54,466 nucleotides of DNA from a virus (taxonomy: Duplodnaviria > Caudoviricetes), in the IMG/VR virus record IMGVR_UViG_3300031965_000432, positions 1 through 54,466 of that record. One strand, written 5' to 3'. The translations under genes were made by a program, and so were the position numbers. Below, in pieces: positions 19,021 through 29,249 of this stretch (positions within the stretch are counted from its first letter, which is position 1; the number at the start of each line of letters is the position of its first letter). Under the pieces are notes generated by a model. That model was not told the DNA's origin. It ran no database searches and was given only the letters and a program-made list of their open reading frames with translations.

Positions 19021-19774
19021 CTATCGCCGCCTTCCCTGCTGAGTACGCCTCATTACGCGTCGCTCGCGCTGCTGCATCGCATCATGGCTATGCAAGTCTA
19101 CTAGCCGCGCGTACCGAGACTGCGCCACGCACTGCGCGCGGTCCCATGCCGGGAGCAACCGCCACTCGGATGGCGCCAACCGCCACTCGCGCGCCGTCTC
19201 TAGTTCCTCGTACGGCGGAACCGCACCATCGATCCATCGCCCGTACGCTACCCCGGATCGGATCTCGGTAGCTACCGGATGCGTTTCGATAGGCTCGCCG
19301 TTGCGTTCGATGGCGAAACATGGCCGCTGCCGCGGCCACGTCCTCCTCGAGCGTGACCGTTTCGCGTATTACTGCACGATGAAGCAACGCCATGTCATCG
19401 TCCGTTTGGCATGCGACCAATCGCAGCCATTCGGCGTCCCAGTTAGGCCCTACACGCACGCCCGCAAGTTTGAGCTCCGCACGCCACTGGTCGCTCGCCG
19501 GAGCGTCAACGTTATCAGGAACATAATCGACCACAATGCCATGACGCCACAGCGCATCGGAGAACGCGTCGGTACGACGGGACTCCCACGCGGCGTGCGC
19601 GTCTCGGTACTTCTTAGACGATCGGTTAGGCTCTTGGTGCCCGGCGTCCGTCAGGATCATTGGCGGCTGCGGTGGCGGACCCACGGATTGAATCGCCTCG
19701 CTAAGCAGTTGCCAGTCAACGGGCACGCAGTACACCTGAACGCCAGTGCTCAGCTTCCTCCGGGTTACCGCCAT
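19021..19774 (-). CDS. tail assembly chaperone with predicted +1 frameshift at 19318-19313
   Basis: Zero frame ends at 19088. The +1 frame from ATG-TTT-CGC is open for 98 sense codons to TAG at 19021-19023, abutting the next ATG. Confidence 0.7.
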
Positions 19775-19779
19775 ACTGC

Positions 19780-21318
19780 TTACGTTCCGACCGGTCCGCT
19801 AGCCTTGACCGCGATACCGTCCGTCGAGCTGTCCGCGAGGCCGCCCGCGATAAACTCGTTGGCCCGGATATTCGGTACGGTCCCAAAGGGGATCGCCACT
19901 GAGTTGATGCGGTCGTTCGCCGGGATCGATCCGACGCCCTCGGGCAGGAGGTACCAGGAGTAGCCCCCGTCGATCGTTCGGAAAATCCGGCCAGCGGGCG
20001 TCGCGGTGTCGTGAGCGAAGTACCCGACCGTCGGCGTCGCGAACACAACGTCTCGCGCTACCCCGGCGCCCGAACCTGAGAACGATTTCTCAGTCCACGA
20101 GACGCCCTGGTCAACGCTCCACCACAACTCTCCACCGTTGGTCGCAACCCATAATTCGCTTTCGCTGCGAGCGAACACACGGTTGAGGTTGACACCGACT
20201 ACCGGACCCGTCAACGCGCCCCAGATATCGCCACCATCCGTCGATAGGACCGCGGCGTTGTTCTCACCAACGGCCACAATGATGTTCGTGCCCGCGCCGT
20301 GCACGGAGGTCAGATTCTCAGTTGTCGCTACCCCGGCATCGACCACCGTAACTCCCGCTGTCGGGTCCTCAGTCTGGTAGATATAGCCACCGGCGCCGAC
20401 GATAAACACCGTGCGCGAATCCGCTGCGTAAATGCCCCGCGGTTCGCCGCCTACCTCGAATCCGGTCGTGACCTCGCTCCATGTTTCGGTACCGGCCAGA
20501 ATGTCAACGATCGGCGCCCAGTGCAGGCTGCCCGAGTCCTCGCTAAGAACGACCAGGTTTCCTGCAACGCAGGCCGCATCGCTTGGTTCCTCGCCGGTCG
20601 CCATCGTATCGATGATCGTGTCCGCCCACGTCGATCCGCCGTCCTGTGTGTAAGCAACCTCGGCCTTGAGTCCGGGCGAGCCACCTGAGGACTTCTGAAT
20701 TAGGAACGCAATCTCATCGCCATCGGATGGATTGATGCACTCGCCACACGAAACGGCGTCGCAATACAGCGCCTTGATAACCTCGTTCTGGAGCTGCGTG
20801 GTCGCGCGCTGCGCAAAGGTCAGCGGCACGATCCCATACGACTCCAGCGCCGATATCGGCGTCTCCTGCATGACAATGTTCTGGTCGCTCGGCTCCAGCG
20901 CGCCGGTTTCATCCTCATTGAACGCGGTGATGTCCGCGCCCTCCATCACTCGGATGAAGTCGAATCCACCGTTGAAATCCTTCGGGTCTTCACACAAGCC
21001 GTAGTGCAGTTGCAGGTCAAGCGGGCAGCCGATATCGCCTAGCTTCTCCATGAGTGAGACTTGGTGCTGCGCATAGGCAGTGAGACTCAGGGTCGGATTG
21101 CCGCGCTCACCCCTGATATTCACAAATGGGACGAACTGGTTGTACGCGCTGGAGCTAGGCAGGTAGCGCGGCGTCGTGTCACCATATGGCTTGGAGTGCG
21201 CGCCGCCGCGCATGTGGCCCACATAGAGCGGCGAGTTCGCGGGTCCTGCTTGCCGCGGAATAACGAACGTACGCGCCTCGCCTCGCAGGAGCGCGAGATC
21301 AGGCTTCTGTGCTGGCAT
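19780..21318 (-). CDS. probable major tail protein with BNR/beta-propeller C-terminal domain
   Basis: Asp-box repeats TQDGGSTW, STDGGDIW, SVDQGVSW, TIDGGYSW; lies before the chaperones and TMP. Confidence 0.6.
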   Translation of the reverse strand: MPAQKPDLALLRGEARTFVIPRQAGPANSPLYVGHMRGGAHSKPYGDTTPRYLPSSSAYNQFVPFVNIRGERGNPTLSLTAYAQHQVSLMEKLGDIGCPLDLQLHYGLCEDPKDFNGGFDFIRVMEGADITAFNEDETGALEPSDQNIVMQETPISALESYGIVPLTFAQRATTQLQNEVIKALYCDAVSCGECINPSDGDEIAFLIQKSSGGSPGLKAEVAYTQDGGSTWADTIIDTMATGEEPSDAACVAGNLVVLSEDSGSLHWAPIVDILAGTETWSEVTTGFEVGGEPRGIYAADSRTVFIVGAGGYIYQTEDPTAGVTVVDAGVATTENLTSVHGAGTNIIVAVGENNAAVLSTDGGDIWGALTGPVVGVNLNRVFARSESELWVATNGGELWWSVDQGVSWTEKSFSGSGAGVARDVVFATPTVGYFAHDTATPAGRIFRTIDGGYSWYLLPEGVGSIPANDRINSVAIPFGTVPNIRANEFIAGGLADSSTDGIAVKASGPVGT

Positions 21319-21625
21319 CCGGTTCCCCCTCGCCGCGCTCGACGCGGACATATGCTGCGACGATCTTGCCAGCGTCCACGCGGAGCGCTGCTTGCAAGGC
21401 GCCAACGACTTCCGAGGTCCTCCGGCGCACGTCGGCTGCGGTAAACAACCGGCGGCGTGCTAGTTCATTATGCAATCTAATCGCAACCGCGTCCGGTAAT
21501 CCTAGATCCGATGTATCTGGCGGTCCTACCGGAACGCCAAGCGGCGCCATCGATTCGGGCGCTTCGTCTGGAATCGACGTAACCCAAATGCGGCCCGTCT
21601 CATCTTTGTAAGTGGCCCGTTTCAA
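21299..21625 (-). CDS. hypothetical virion morphogenesis protein
   Basis: GVPVGPPD...LHNEL..R.LFT; coupled within the structural operon. Confidence 0.6.
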   Translation of the reverse strand: MKRATYKDETGRIWVTSIPDEAPESMAPLGVPVGPPDTSDLGLPDAVAIRLHNELARRRLFTAADVRRRTSEVVGALQAALRVDAGKIVAAYVRVERGEGEPDASTEA

Positions 21626-22908
21626 TACACGACCGCCTCACCAATGGGCAGCGTGCGCTGCTGCAATCGACGCCACGCCTCCACGGCGCCGCGCTGTAAT
21701 CCCCATGGCGAATCGAGTGTGCGGATGCCGAGCTGCCTATTCTGTGAGTCTGTGATTAGTCCCAAGTCCTCTCGCCAGTAGTTTAGAAGCCCTTGGATAT
21801 TCTTACACCCACAAATGTCGCGACTCATATACGTGACCGCGAGACGAGCCACAACCCACTCATAAAACGGGTCCATGCGCGTGATCGGCGAGTATCCCGA
21901 CTGCGCGCCCTCTTTCCATTCCCACCCCGAAAAGTACCAGACACGGACCCAATCCGGATCACGACACGCGCTCAGCGTCGCTGCGGTCCATGCCGCCGTG
22001 TCCGCGTCGTACGTGGCCGGATGGAGTGACGCGAAACCATCGCGCGGATCGTTGACCGGAACCACACATGCGCTCTGGTATCCGACCAGACATATTTCGC
22101 AATCTCCGCAGCTACATGGCCACGGTTCGCCTTGCCACTCCAGGCGCGCGGACTCAGTCGGATCGTTATAGACCCGATACACGTCAACCTCGTCAAGGAA
22201 GTTCGCGTCCGTGAGTCCGTTAACGCCACTATGGATATCTTCGCCGCTGCCCGCGGGCGTAAGCGTTTCGAGGTTGATTCGCTCCAGTAATTCAGGGATA
22301 ACGGCTTGCTCGCGCCGAAATGTTATCGTCGCCGTTCCACCCGAGATCGTCACCGTAATCGGACGAATCTCCCACGACGGCACGCCACCCTCGCCAGGGT
22401 AGAAGATACGAATCTCGCCAATGTCCGTAACCGTTGTGACTACGCTAACCGTTGCGGTCTCGAAGTATGTGTCATTGTCAAGATCGCTATAGGTAATCCC
22501 CGACGCCAGTTCGATTGCGCTAATAGCGCGTTGCCCACCGGTGCGAACGTATTTCCATGTGAGCGGCGTCGTGACGCCCTGCCCGCGCGGTCCTAGGAAC
22601 CAACGCCGGTACAGTTCCGGTCGGAGCGGTCGCGGCGTCGCGTGTCGTTCGTCTGCGATCCACGTAGGCGCCGGCCAGTAACCCAGCGTCTCCGCCACCG
22701 TGCGCTCGGCCTGTGCGATTGAGTCGGCGATCTCCTCGCGGCTAGTTCGGCCCGCCGTCTGCCAGGGATATTGAAATATCGGCGTCGCGCACGTCTCAGA
22801 TGTATTGAGCCCGTTGACCACGACGCCCATGAGGTGCAGCGGATCGATGCCGAATAACTGCCCCCATCGATACACGGGCAGCAGCGTCGGCGTGTCCTGA
22901 ACGGGCAT
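21622..22908 (-). CDS. putative head-tail adaptor/neck protein
   Basis: R.EIA..I..AE....LGY.P.P.W; position between head and tail genes. Confidence 0.55.
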   Translation of the reverse strand: MPVQDTPTLLPVYRWGQLFGIDPLHLMGVVVNGLNTSETCATPIFQYPWQTAGRTSREEIADSIAQAERTVAETLGYWPAPTWIADERHATPRPLRPELYRRWFLGPRGQGVTTPLTWKYVRTGGQRAISAIELASGITYSDLDNDTYFETATVSVVTTVTDIGEIRIFYPGEGGVPSWEIRPITVTISGGTATITFRREQAVIPELLERINLETLTPAGSGEDIHSGVNGLTDANFLDEVDVYRVYNDPTESARLEWQGEPWPCSCGDCEICLVGYQSACVVPVNDPRDGFASLHPATYDADTAAWTAATLSACRDPDWVRVWYFSGWEWKEGAQSGYSPITRMDPFYEWVVARLAVTYMSRDICGCKNIQGLLNYWREDLGLITDSQNRQLGIRTLDSPWGLQRGAVEAWRRLQQRTLPIGEAVVY

Positions 22909-23247
22909 CTACGAACGCTCCGCGTGAATCACATGCATGATCGTTGATTCAATCAGGCAGCTAGCTCCGCTTAGCGCCATAACTGCCACCACAATCGGGA
23001 TGTACACCACGCAGAGTATCACCAGCGGTGCAATCCAGACCGATAAGCACCACGGGCACGCCGCTAGGCTAGCGATCCAATTCCGACCATACGCGGGCGT
23101 TCCGTCGGCGTTATGAACCACGCCTATGCGCTCGCGCGTCCAGCGGAATATGTCCTCTTGGCTGAGGATACTCGTCACGCGCCACGTCGCTAATGCAAGC
23201 GTTATCACGAGCAACGCATCGCCGCCAGGTAACGACGGCCCGATCAC
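22909..23247 (-). CDS. DUF1360-like membrane protein
   Basis: LATWRVT.IL..E.IF...R, L.ACPWCLSVW. Confidence 0.75.
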   Translation of the reverse strand: MIGPSLPGGDALLVITLALATWRVTSILSQEDIFRWTRERIGVVHNADGTPAYGRNWIASLAACPWCLSVWIAPLVILCVVYIPIVVAVMALSGASCLIESTIMHVIHAERS

Positions 23248-26156
23248 TTCGCGCCTTGCGCCGCCGTCTCCGATGCGATCGCAGTCTCGAGCAGCCGCAG
23301 CACGGTCGCTCGCGCCTTGCCCTTCGTCTCCATATCAAGCCAGACCGTTAGCTGCCGCGCGCCCATGGTCGGCGCCTGGTCGCGGATCTGCTGAACTGTC
23401 AGCTCGCCAAGGTCACCGAAGTCTCCAGTTGACGCCTGCAGGTTCGGCAACGGTTCGATCGGGATCTCGCCTGGAGTAGCAGACTTCATTTGCGTACGTA
23501 GCGACGCCGACGCCAGTACCACCGGAGCACCCGCCTCAGGCGTCGGCCCCATCGGCGGCGCCGTTACGATCTGCGCCTGCCGGAAACCCTGGATCTTGAT
23601 TAGGTGCTCCGCGTCCTGCGGGTCAACGTATTTCTGCTGGTGCGGTGGCCCGGCCGAGAATACGTACTCGGTCCGTGTAACGCGGCCCTTGACGCGGAAC
23701 TTACCACGCTGGCCGCCGACATATTCCACCAGCACTGCCTCGCCGGATTGCGCTAGCCGCGCGCCGTTCGTTTGCGCCTGCGCGCCCATTGGAGCCGGTC
23801 CTGAATTGATTCGCCCGCCACATCCTCGGCATGCCATGAAGTCGTTCCTTTCTGCGAGGTTGCCCCACTTCGCATGTATCGCCGCCAGTCGCTCAGTGCG
23901 GTTCGCATAGGCGTCCTCGCGCCGTACACCTGTCCCTAAACGATACGTGAGCAACGGCTCGGGCAGACGCGCCATACACCAGCCCTTCGATCGTAACGCT
24001 ATCGCTAAGTCCCAATCCTCCCATGCAACCGCTGAGTCGAATCCGCCTACCTCGCGCACAGCGTCCGTAGGGTATAGCGCCGTGACGACGTGCTGCGCCT
24101 TCCCGCGCACTGCGTCGGTATCCTCGCTGAGTACGTTCTGGCGCTCTAGCGTGCCGTCGGCTTTCTGCTGGTACCAATCCCAGACGATCACGTTGTCAGG
24201 ACATTGCTCATGCGCGTCTAGTGCGAGACGCAGGCAGTCCGGCTGTAGGAAGTCGTCAGCATCTAGGAAGATCAACGCCGGCGCCTTCGCCGCGGCGATG
24301 CCCAGATTCCGAGCAACCGCTACGCCTTCACGCCCCCTCGTTCGAATCACTTTCGCCCACGGCGCGCCCTGCGTTGCGAGTGGCTCGCCGCCAGTATCGT
24401 CGACAACGATTGCTTCCCAGTCCGGCTCGCCCTGCGCCAGCAGCGAGTCCAGAGCATCCTGCAGGATCGCGCCATGCCCAGGCCCGACCGGAATGATTAT
24501 TGATACTTTCGGCGTGTCGAACGATCGTACGGGCCAGCTCGGTTGCGACTGGATCGGAACGCCGGTCGCTGTAAATGGAACGGCGCGAATATCACGCGCC
24601 CATCCGAACCATTGCGGCCATGACGGCGTGGCCCGCGCGTTGCTTGCCGAGTCTGAGTGGTCGTGTTTGAGTAGCGTCGACGCCTGGGTGACTCGCCGCG
24701 CCTTGAATCCAAACGAGGTCGCGCGAGTCCATAGATCGGCATCCTCCGCCGGCGCCGAATGCGCGCGATGCCCGCCGACTCGCTCCCATGCCTCACGCCG
24801 GACCATCGCGCTGTAACACACCTGGTTACGGCCCATGAGCTGCTGCCGCCAATCGAACTCCGGCGGCCATCCGCTCTTGAATCGCGTGCCCTGCTCGGTG
24901 AGAACTTCCATCGCGCCGTAGGCGATAGCCGTGGTCGGGTCTTTGTCTAGCGCGTCGGCAAACCATTCCACCGCGCGCGGATGCAGTTCATCGTCCGCGT
25001 CAAGCTGGATGTAGTACCGGCCACGCGACGCGCCGATGCCAGCGTTCGATGCACCTGCCAGACCACGATTCGCAGCGTTCGTTACCACGCGTACGCGGGC
25101 ATCATCCCGCGCCAACTGCGCGGCGACCTGTGGCGTCTGGTCCGTACTAGCGTCGTCAACGATCACGACCTCGAAGTCTTTGTGCGTCTGTGCCAGCGCC
25201 GAGCGAACCGCGCGATCCAGCGTTGCGCCGTAGTTGTAGCAGCGGATCACGATGGAGACCTGTGGCCCCACGGGTCGCGGCTCCGCCGCTCGCTTGAACG
25301 CGTCTACATATTGAGCGATCGCGTCAGGCCACGTGAACCGCCCCGCAACCTCGCGCGCTGCATCGCCCAGCCGGTCGCGATGCTGCTGGCAGTACGCTAA
25401 GCCCTCTACCAAGTCGTCTATGTCGCCCGGCGTCGCAAGGTACCCGGCCTCTAAGTGCGGCACGTATTCCACCTGGGCGCCATGCCGCCATGCGAGGACC
25501 GGAACTCCGGACGCCATCGCCTCTAGCGTGCCGATACCGAACGTCTCACGCGCCGTGCATAGATAGACGCCCGCATTGCGCACGAGCTCGCGCATTTCCT
25601 CAGGCGGAACGCGGTCCGTGAGCGTGACGTTCGGGCCCGTTGCGCCGAACGTCGAGACAAACTTCGTCCCCGGCGATCGCACCGCAAGCGCGTTCATGTC
25701 GGACGGATCGCAGGCCGGATCGATCCGGAACTTATTCCAGAGCACGTACCCTTGCGATTCGCCCGGTGTCCATTCGTCGATATCGATGCCGTGCGGGATC
25801 ACGACCGGATCGATCAGGCTGCCACGTCGCACCGCGTGCGCAACCCATTCGCTCGGCACGGTGACGACCTTAGCCGCGAGCATGGAATCGATGACCTGCT
25901 GATTCATGGTCCATGCCCAATTGGGCCAGGATTCTTCTGCCGTCCAGTACAAGCCGTGAATCGACGCGCACATAGGTATGCCGCTTGTTCGCGTCGTACC
26001 GGCGTGCGCGTTGATGACGTCGGCGCCTACGGGCGTGTCGATAACCTCGACGCCGAAGTCTGGTAGGTACTTGCGCTGAGCTTCGACCACGCGGCGAATT
26101 CCGCCGCCGCTGCCATCGTCGGCGCCTCGATACTTCGGGGTGATGTGAACCTTCAT
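23244..26156 (-). CDS. multidomain glycosyltransferase (GT4 + two GT2) with unrelated C-terminal domain
   Basis: ETFGIGTLEAMASGVPV (GT4); VSIVI.CYN..VDDASTD..QLDADD (GT2); VSIIIPV..VDD..FLDADD..WEDW (GT2). Confidence 0.9.
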   Translation of the reverse strand: MKVHITPKYRGADDGSGGGIRRVVEAQRKYLPDFGVEVIDTPVGADVINAHAGTTRTSGIPMCASIHGLYWTAEESWPNWAWTMNQQVIDSMLAAKVVTVPSEWVAHAVRRGSLIDPVVIPHGIDIDEWTPGESQGYVLWNKFRIDPACDPSDMNALAVRSPGTKFVSTFGATGPNVTLTDRVPPEEMRELVRNAGVYLCTARETFGIGTLEAMASGVPVLAWRHGAQVEYVPHLEAGYLATPGDIDDLVEGLAYCQQHRDRLGDAAREVAGRFTWPDAIAQYVDAFKRAAEPRPVGPQVSIVIRCYNYGATLDRAVRSALAQTHKDFEVVIVDDASTDQTPQVAAQLARDDARVRVVTNAANRGLAGASNAGIGASRGRYYIQLDADDELHPRAVEWFADALDKDPTTAIAYGAMEVLTEQGTRFKSGWPPEFDWRQQLMGRNQVCYSAMVRREAWERVGGHRAHSAPAEDADLWTRATSFGFKARRVTQASTLLKHDHSDSASNARATPSWPQWFGWARDIRAVPFTATGVPIQSQPSWPVRSFDTPKVSIIIPVGPGHGAILQDALDSLLAQGEPDWEAIVVDDTGGEPLATQGAPWAKVIRTRGREGVAVARNLGIAAAKAPALIFLDADDFLQPDCLRLALDAHEQCPDNVIVWDWYQQKADGTLERQNVLSEDTDAVRGKAQHVVTALYPTDAVREVGGFDSAVAWEDWDLAIALRSKGWCMARLPEPLLTYRLGTGVRREDAYANRTERLAAIHAKWGNLAERNDFMACRGCGGRINSGPAPMGAQAQTNGARLAQSGEAVLVEYVGGQRGKFRVKGRVTRTEYVFSAGPPHQQKYVDPQDAEHLIKIQGFRQAQIVTAPPMGPTPEAGAPVVLASASLRTQMKSATPGEIPIEPLPNLQASTGDFGDLGELTVQQIRDQAPTMGARQLTVWLDMETKGKARATVLRLLETAIASETAAQGAK

Positions 26157-26323
26157 TTGATGACCACCAAAGCGGGCGCGCACCAAATGCTTAGAACGGA
26201 CAGCACAATAATGGCTACCGAAAAGATAAGGACTATCACCAAGTGAATAATATTGTCACGAAGATTAGCCGCGTCTCTGCGCCGTAGATCCTCCCGCAGT
26301 TGCACCAGATAATGGTCGTTCAT
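26153..26323 (-). CDS. small membrane protein
   Basis: Hydrophobic C-terminal half; overlaps both neighbours. Confidence 0.55.
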   Translation of the reverse strand: MNDHYLVQLREDLRRRDAANLRDNIIHLVIVLIFSVAIIVLSVLSIWCAPALVVIK

Positions 26324-27018
26324 GCTTCGCTCTTGACTCCGCCGAAGTGCAACCATGGCCCGCTAAACGACGGCGCATGGTATGTGAGGTGTACCGGCCA
26401 CGCGACGCCGGTTCGGGCCTCGGGTCGGAAGCTCACGGCAATTTCCGTCTCCCCAGCCCGTTTCCCGGTGTCCCAGAGTCCTACGTTCCTTGCCCAGGCC
26501 GTCGTCTCTAGTCGCGGGTGCCCGCTGAATACGTGCAGCTCCTCGGAGGCCGGATCGAACAGGATGTACGCGCGATCGCCGATCGTGAAAAATTCGCCTT
26601 TGTACGGCTGCAACCAGCCGACGTAGCCCATGCGAATGCACCCGATCCGATCGTCTGTAAGCAGGTCGTTCGCCATCGAGTCGATATTCAGTCCCTCACG
26701 TAACTCCCAGTCATCCTCGAGCGGCAACACTAGCGGCACGTTGTGGCAATAGTGCGTTGCCAGGTTGTAGTTGCGCCCGTATCCGCCGCGCTCGGAATTG
26801 GTCATGGTTACGTCTTTGACGTGATCGTACTCTCGCGCCGCGGACTTGAGCCTGTCGCGATGTTCCTGCGAGCTGCCATCGTCGGCGATGTGTACGAGTG
26901 TGTCACCCGAATACGTGAGTCGCTCTAGCGTCGCGCGAAGGGTCTTCTCCGCGTAGGACTCGCGCCCCGGCGCCGCGTAGGTCAGAAGCATGATGTACAG
27001 CGCGGGAAGATCAGGCAC
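26320..27018 (-). CDS. GT2/GT-A glycosyltransferase
   Basis: LLTY, IADDGS, GYG.NYN, LEDDW. Confidence 0.8.
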   Translation of the reverse strand: MPDLPALYIMLLTYAAPGRESYAEKTLRATLERLTYSGDTLVHIADDGSSQEHRDRLKSAAREYDHVKDVTMTNSERGGYGRNYNLATHYCHNVPLVLPLEDDWELREGLNIDSMANDLLTDDRIGCIRMGYVGWLQPYKGEFFTIGDRAYILFDPASEELHVFSGHPRLETTAWARNVGLWDTGKRAGETEIAVSFRPEARTGVAWPVHLTYHAPSFSGPWLHFGGVKSEA

Positions 27019-27961
27019 GACGGGATACCTTCCACGTCGTTCGAACGGCATCGCGCCCCGCTACCGGTATGGATACCAGCGGTTCAACGCTTGCCGCGAT
27101 CACGCCCAACAGGTCGGCTACGTCGTTTTCATCTCGTAGAAACTCAGGCCCCGGACCGTCGCCTGATAGCTGCGTCTCGAAGTACAACACATTGACAGTC
27201 TGAACCATTCGCGCCAGCCAATCGGTCGCCGCTTCGCGCCCCCGCTCGCGCACAAGATAGGGCCATACGCTTAGGCAGAGCGCAGCGTCCTGCTGAATCT
27301 CTACGTCCCATAGGGAGGCTAACCGAAATCCGACGTTGGGCCATTGCCGCGTGCCATCTGCGACAGAATCCGGCTCCCAATCGATACCCAGTGTAGTCGC
27401 GCCTTCCGCTGCGGCCATCGCAAGCATCTCGCCGGTATTACAACCGAGGTCGACCAATCGGCACCCTTCGATTGACTCCCAGCTCATGCTCTCCCGTATT
27501 GCAATCCAGCGCCGCATATGCCGTGCCGTGTCGATGCCCTTAGATGCCATGGCCGGCCACAAGTGCGCGGCGTCGGGCTCCGGGCGCTTGGTAGAACCGC
27601 CATCTAGCGACGCCTCAGTCCAGTCCACCGCGTACGCCGTGTTATTCCGAACGATCAGATTGAAATGCGTCAGGTCACCATGTTTGATTCCGAGCTCGCG
27701 CATTCGCTCTAGCAGACGAACTCCGCTACGACGGAACGCTGCCTCATCCCGGACCGGCTCGCCGTTACCCAAATCTTCCTCGAGCAGCCATTCGCCAGCA
27801 GGGTCCGCGCGAATAATCCGCGGGGCATAGTGGCCGTCCATACGTTCGAGCGCCTTGCGTTCGTTCGCAATCTCAGCGATGCCAGCCTCATTCGCCGCGA
27901 TCTTCCGAACGCCCTGCATGGTCAGTTCGGTCGTCACGTTGCCGCGCTCGGAGAGGATCAT
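27011..27961 (-). CDS. kinase-like + SAM-dependent methyltransferase fusion
   Basis: NE..AL, HGDL...N, AVDW (APH/Kdo kinase-like); VDLGCNTG..GID (class I MTase). Confidence 0.8.
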   Translation of the reverse strand: MILSERGNVTTELTMQGVRKIAANEAGIAEIANERKALERMDGHYAPRIIRADPAGEWLLEEDLGNGEPVRDEAAFRRSGVRLLERMRELGIKHGDLTHFNLIVRNNTAYAVDWTEASLDGGSTKRPEPDAAHLWPAMASKGIDTARHMRRWIAIRESMSWESIEGCRLVDLGCNTGEMLAMAAAEGATTLGIDWEPDSVADGTRQWPNVGFRLASLWDVEIQQDAALCLSVWPYLVRERGREAATDWLARMVQTVNVLYFETQLSGDGPGPEFLRDENDVADLLGVIAASVEPLVSIPVAGRDAVRTTWKVSRRA

Positions 27962-28584
27962 TGTTCGACCCACCGGAGCACCTCAAACGCTTCGGCATAC
28001 GGCATCCCGCACGCAGCGCCGCGCAAGGCCGCATGGGCCCGGATCATATCGGGCGAACGGAACGATCGAACCTGCGACGCCATCGCCGCGTACATGGCTA
28101 GCTTCTTGTCGATATCGAGCGACCGGTAGTACGTCGGCTGGAACCGTCGCTCGGGGTAGACGTCCCACTGCGCTACGTGGATCTGCTCATAGGCGAATAC
28201 GCGCGGCACGAACCAGTTCACATCGTGCGGCCGGAGCGCCACCATCGCGGCCCGGAATACCGCCTGGTGGTCCTGGTTGTAGGACGGCCAGGGGATATAA
28301 ACTTCGGTGGGCTTGTAGTGATTGATAATCCGCTCAAATGGGCCTATTACCTCTGGCGACGTGAGTGCGTTTACGCGAAACCCCACAAGCTCGATGAAAT
28401 CGTACCCCCCTAGGTCAGATGCTTTGTCTGCCTCCCGTTCACGCACTTCCGCCGGCACGCGGCCCAATCCTGGCTCGACCGATGATTCATCCGTTGCGCA
28501 GTACAACACCTTCGCCTCAGCATCCAGGACCGACGCACATCCCAGCACGTCATCGTCGATGTGCGGGGCCAAGACTAATCGCAT
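27958..28584 (-). CDS. PIG-L/LmbE family N-deacetylase
   Basis: APHIDDDVLGC, R..E, NQDH, SQ, AEAF. Confidence 0.88.
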   Translation of the reverse strand: MRLVLAPHIDDDVLGCASVLDAEAKVLYCATDESSVEPGLGRVPAEVREREADKASDLGGYDFIELVGFRVNALTSPEVIGPFERIINHYKPTEVYIPWPSYNQDHQAVFRAAMVALRPHDVNWFVPRVFAYEQIHVAQWDVYPERRFQPTYYRSLDIDKKLAMYAAMASQVRSFRSPDMIRAHAALRGAACGMPYAEAFEVLRWVEQ

Positions 28585-29249
28585 GCTTCGGCCTCCCGGA
28601 TCACGAGCCGTCGCCCGTCGATCGTTCGAATGAACGCCGGCGGGTAGCCCTCGCCGTTGAGCGCACGAATCTTATTCGCCAACGGTTCAGCTTCCCCGCT
28701 ATGCCACTCCCGCAGCGTGATCTCGCTCATGTCCGGCGTGCGTCGGTAGAACAGCGTCGGCTCTCCGTACTGCGGATAAGTCGCGACCACCCCCGTATCG
28801 AGCCACTCCTGCGAAATCGAAACAATATGATCGGCAGCGATCTTGCTCATGCGCTCAAAGATTTCAGCCAGCGATCCTTTGAGCGATAGCCCAGACGTGC
28901 GTGCGATCGGCCCAGCGTCGAGTTCGGACGTCATTCGAAACGTCGTCACTGCTGAATCCTCGACGCCTGACATGATCTGGTGCTGTAGCGGCGATCCGCC
29001 CCGATACTGCGGGAGCGCGGACGGGTGCACACAGAAGCAGGGCGCGGCGTTGATAACCTCGGGCGGCTCGACGCGATGCCACCCGACGAAGAACGCCAGC
29101 GTGTCAGGCGGCCATGCGAGGGGAATGCTTTGCTCGGTGTAGACGGAGATCTTTTCAGCCATCACCACGGCTAGCAGACCATCTCTGGCGAGGCGAGCTG
29201 ACTCCATCGCCCACGGTGCCCCCGTAAGTATTCGCACGCCCGCGCTCAT
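28575..29249 (-). CDS. formyltransferase (Fmt-like, probably sugar N-formyltransferase)
   Basis: HPSALPQYRGGSP, SAVT.F.M...LDAGPI, IRAL..GYP.AF. Confidence 0.88.
   Translation of the reverse strand: MSAGVRILTGAPWAMESARLARDGLLAVVMAEKISVYTEQSIPLAWPPDTLAFFVGWHRVEPPEVINAAPCFCVHPSALPQYRGGSPLQHQIMSGVEDSAVTTFRMTSELDAGPIARTSGLSLKGSLAEIFERMSKIAADHIVSISQEWLDTGVVATYPQYGEPTLFYRRTPDMSEITLREWHSGEAEPLANKIRALNGEGYPPAFIRTIDGRRLVIREAEACD

Noticed and set aside
21319-21405. Upstream extensions in the ORF track (also 26157-26186, 30762-30827, 31834-31881)
   Set aside because: Better starts with SD sequences or stop-start coupling lie downstream.
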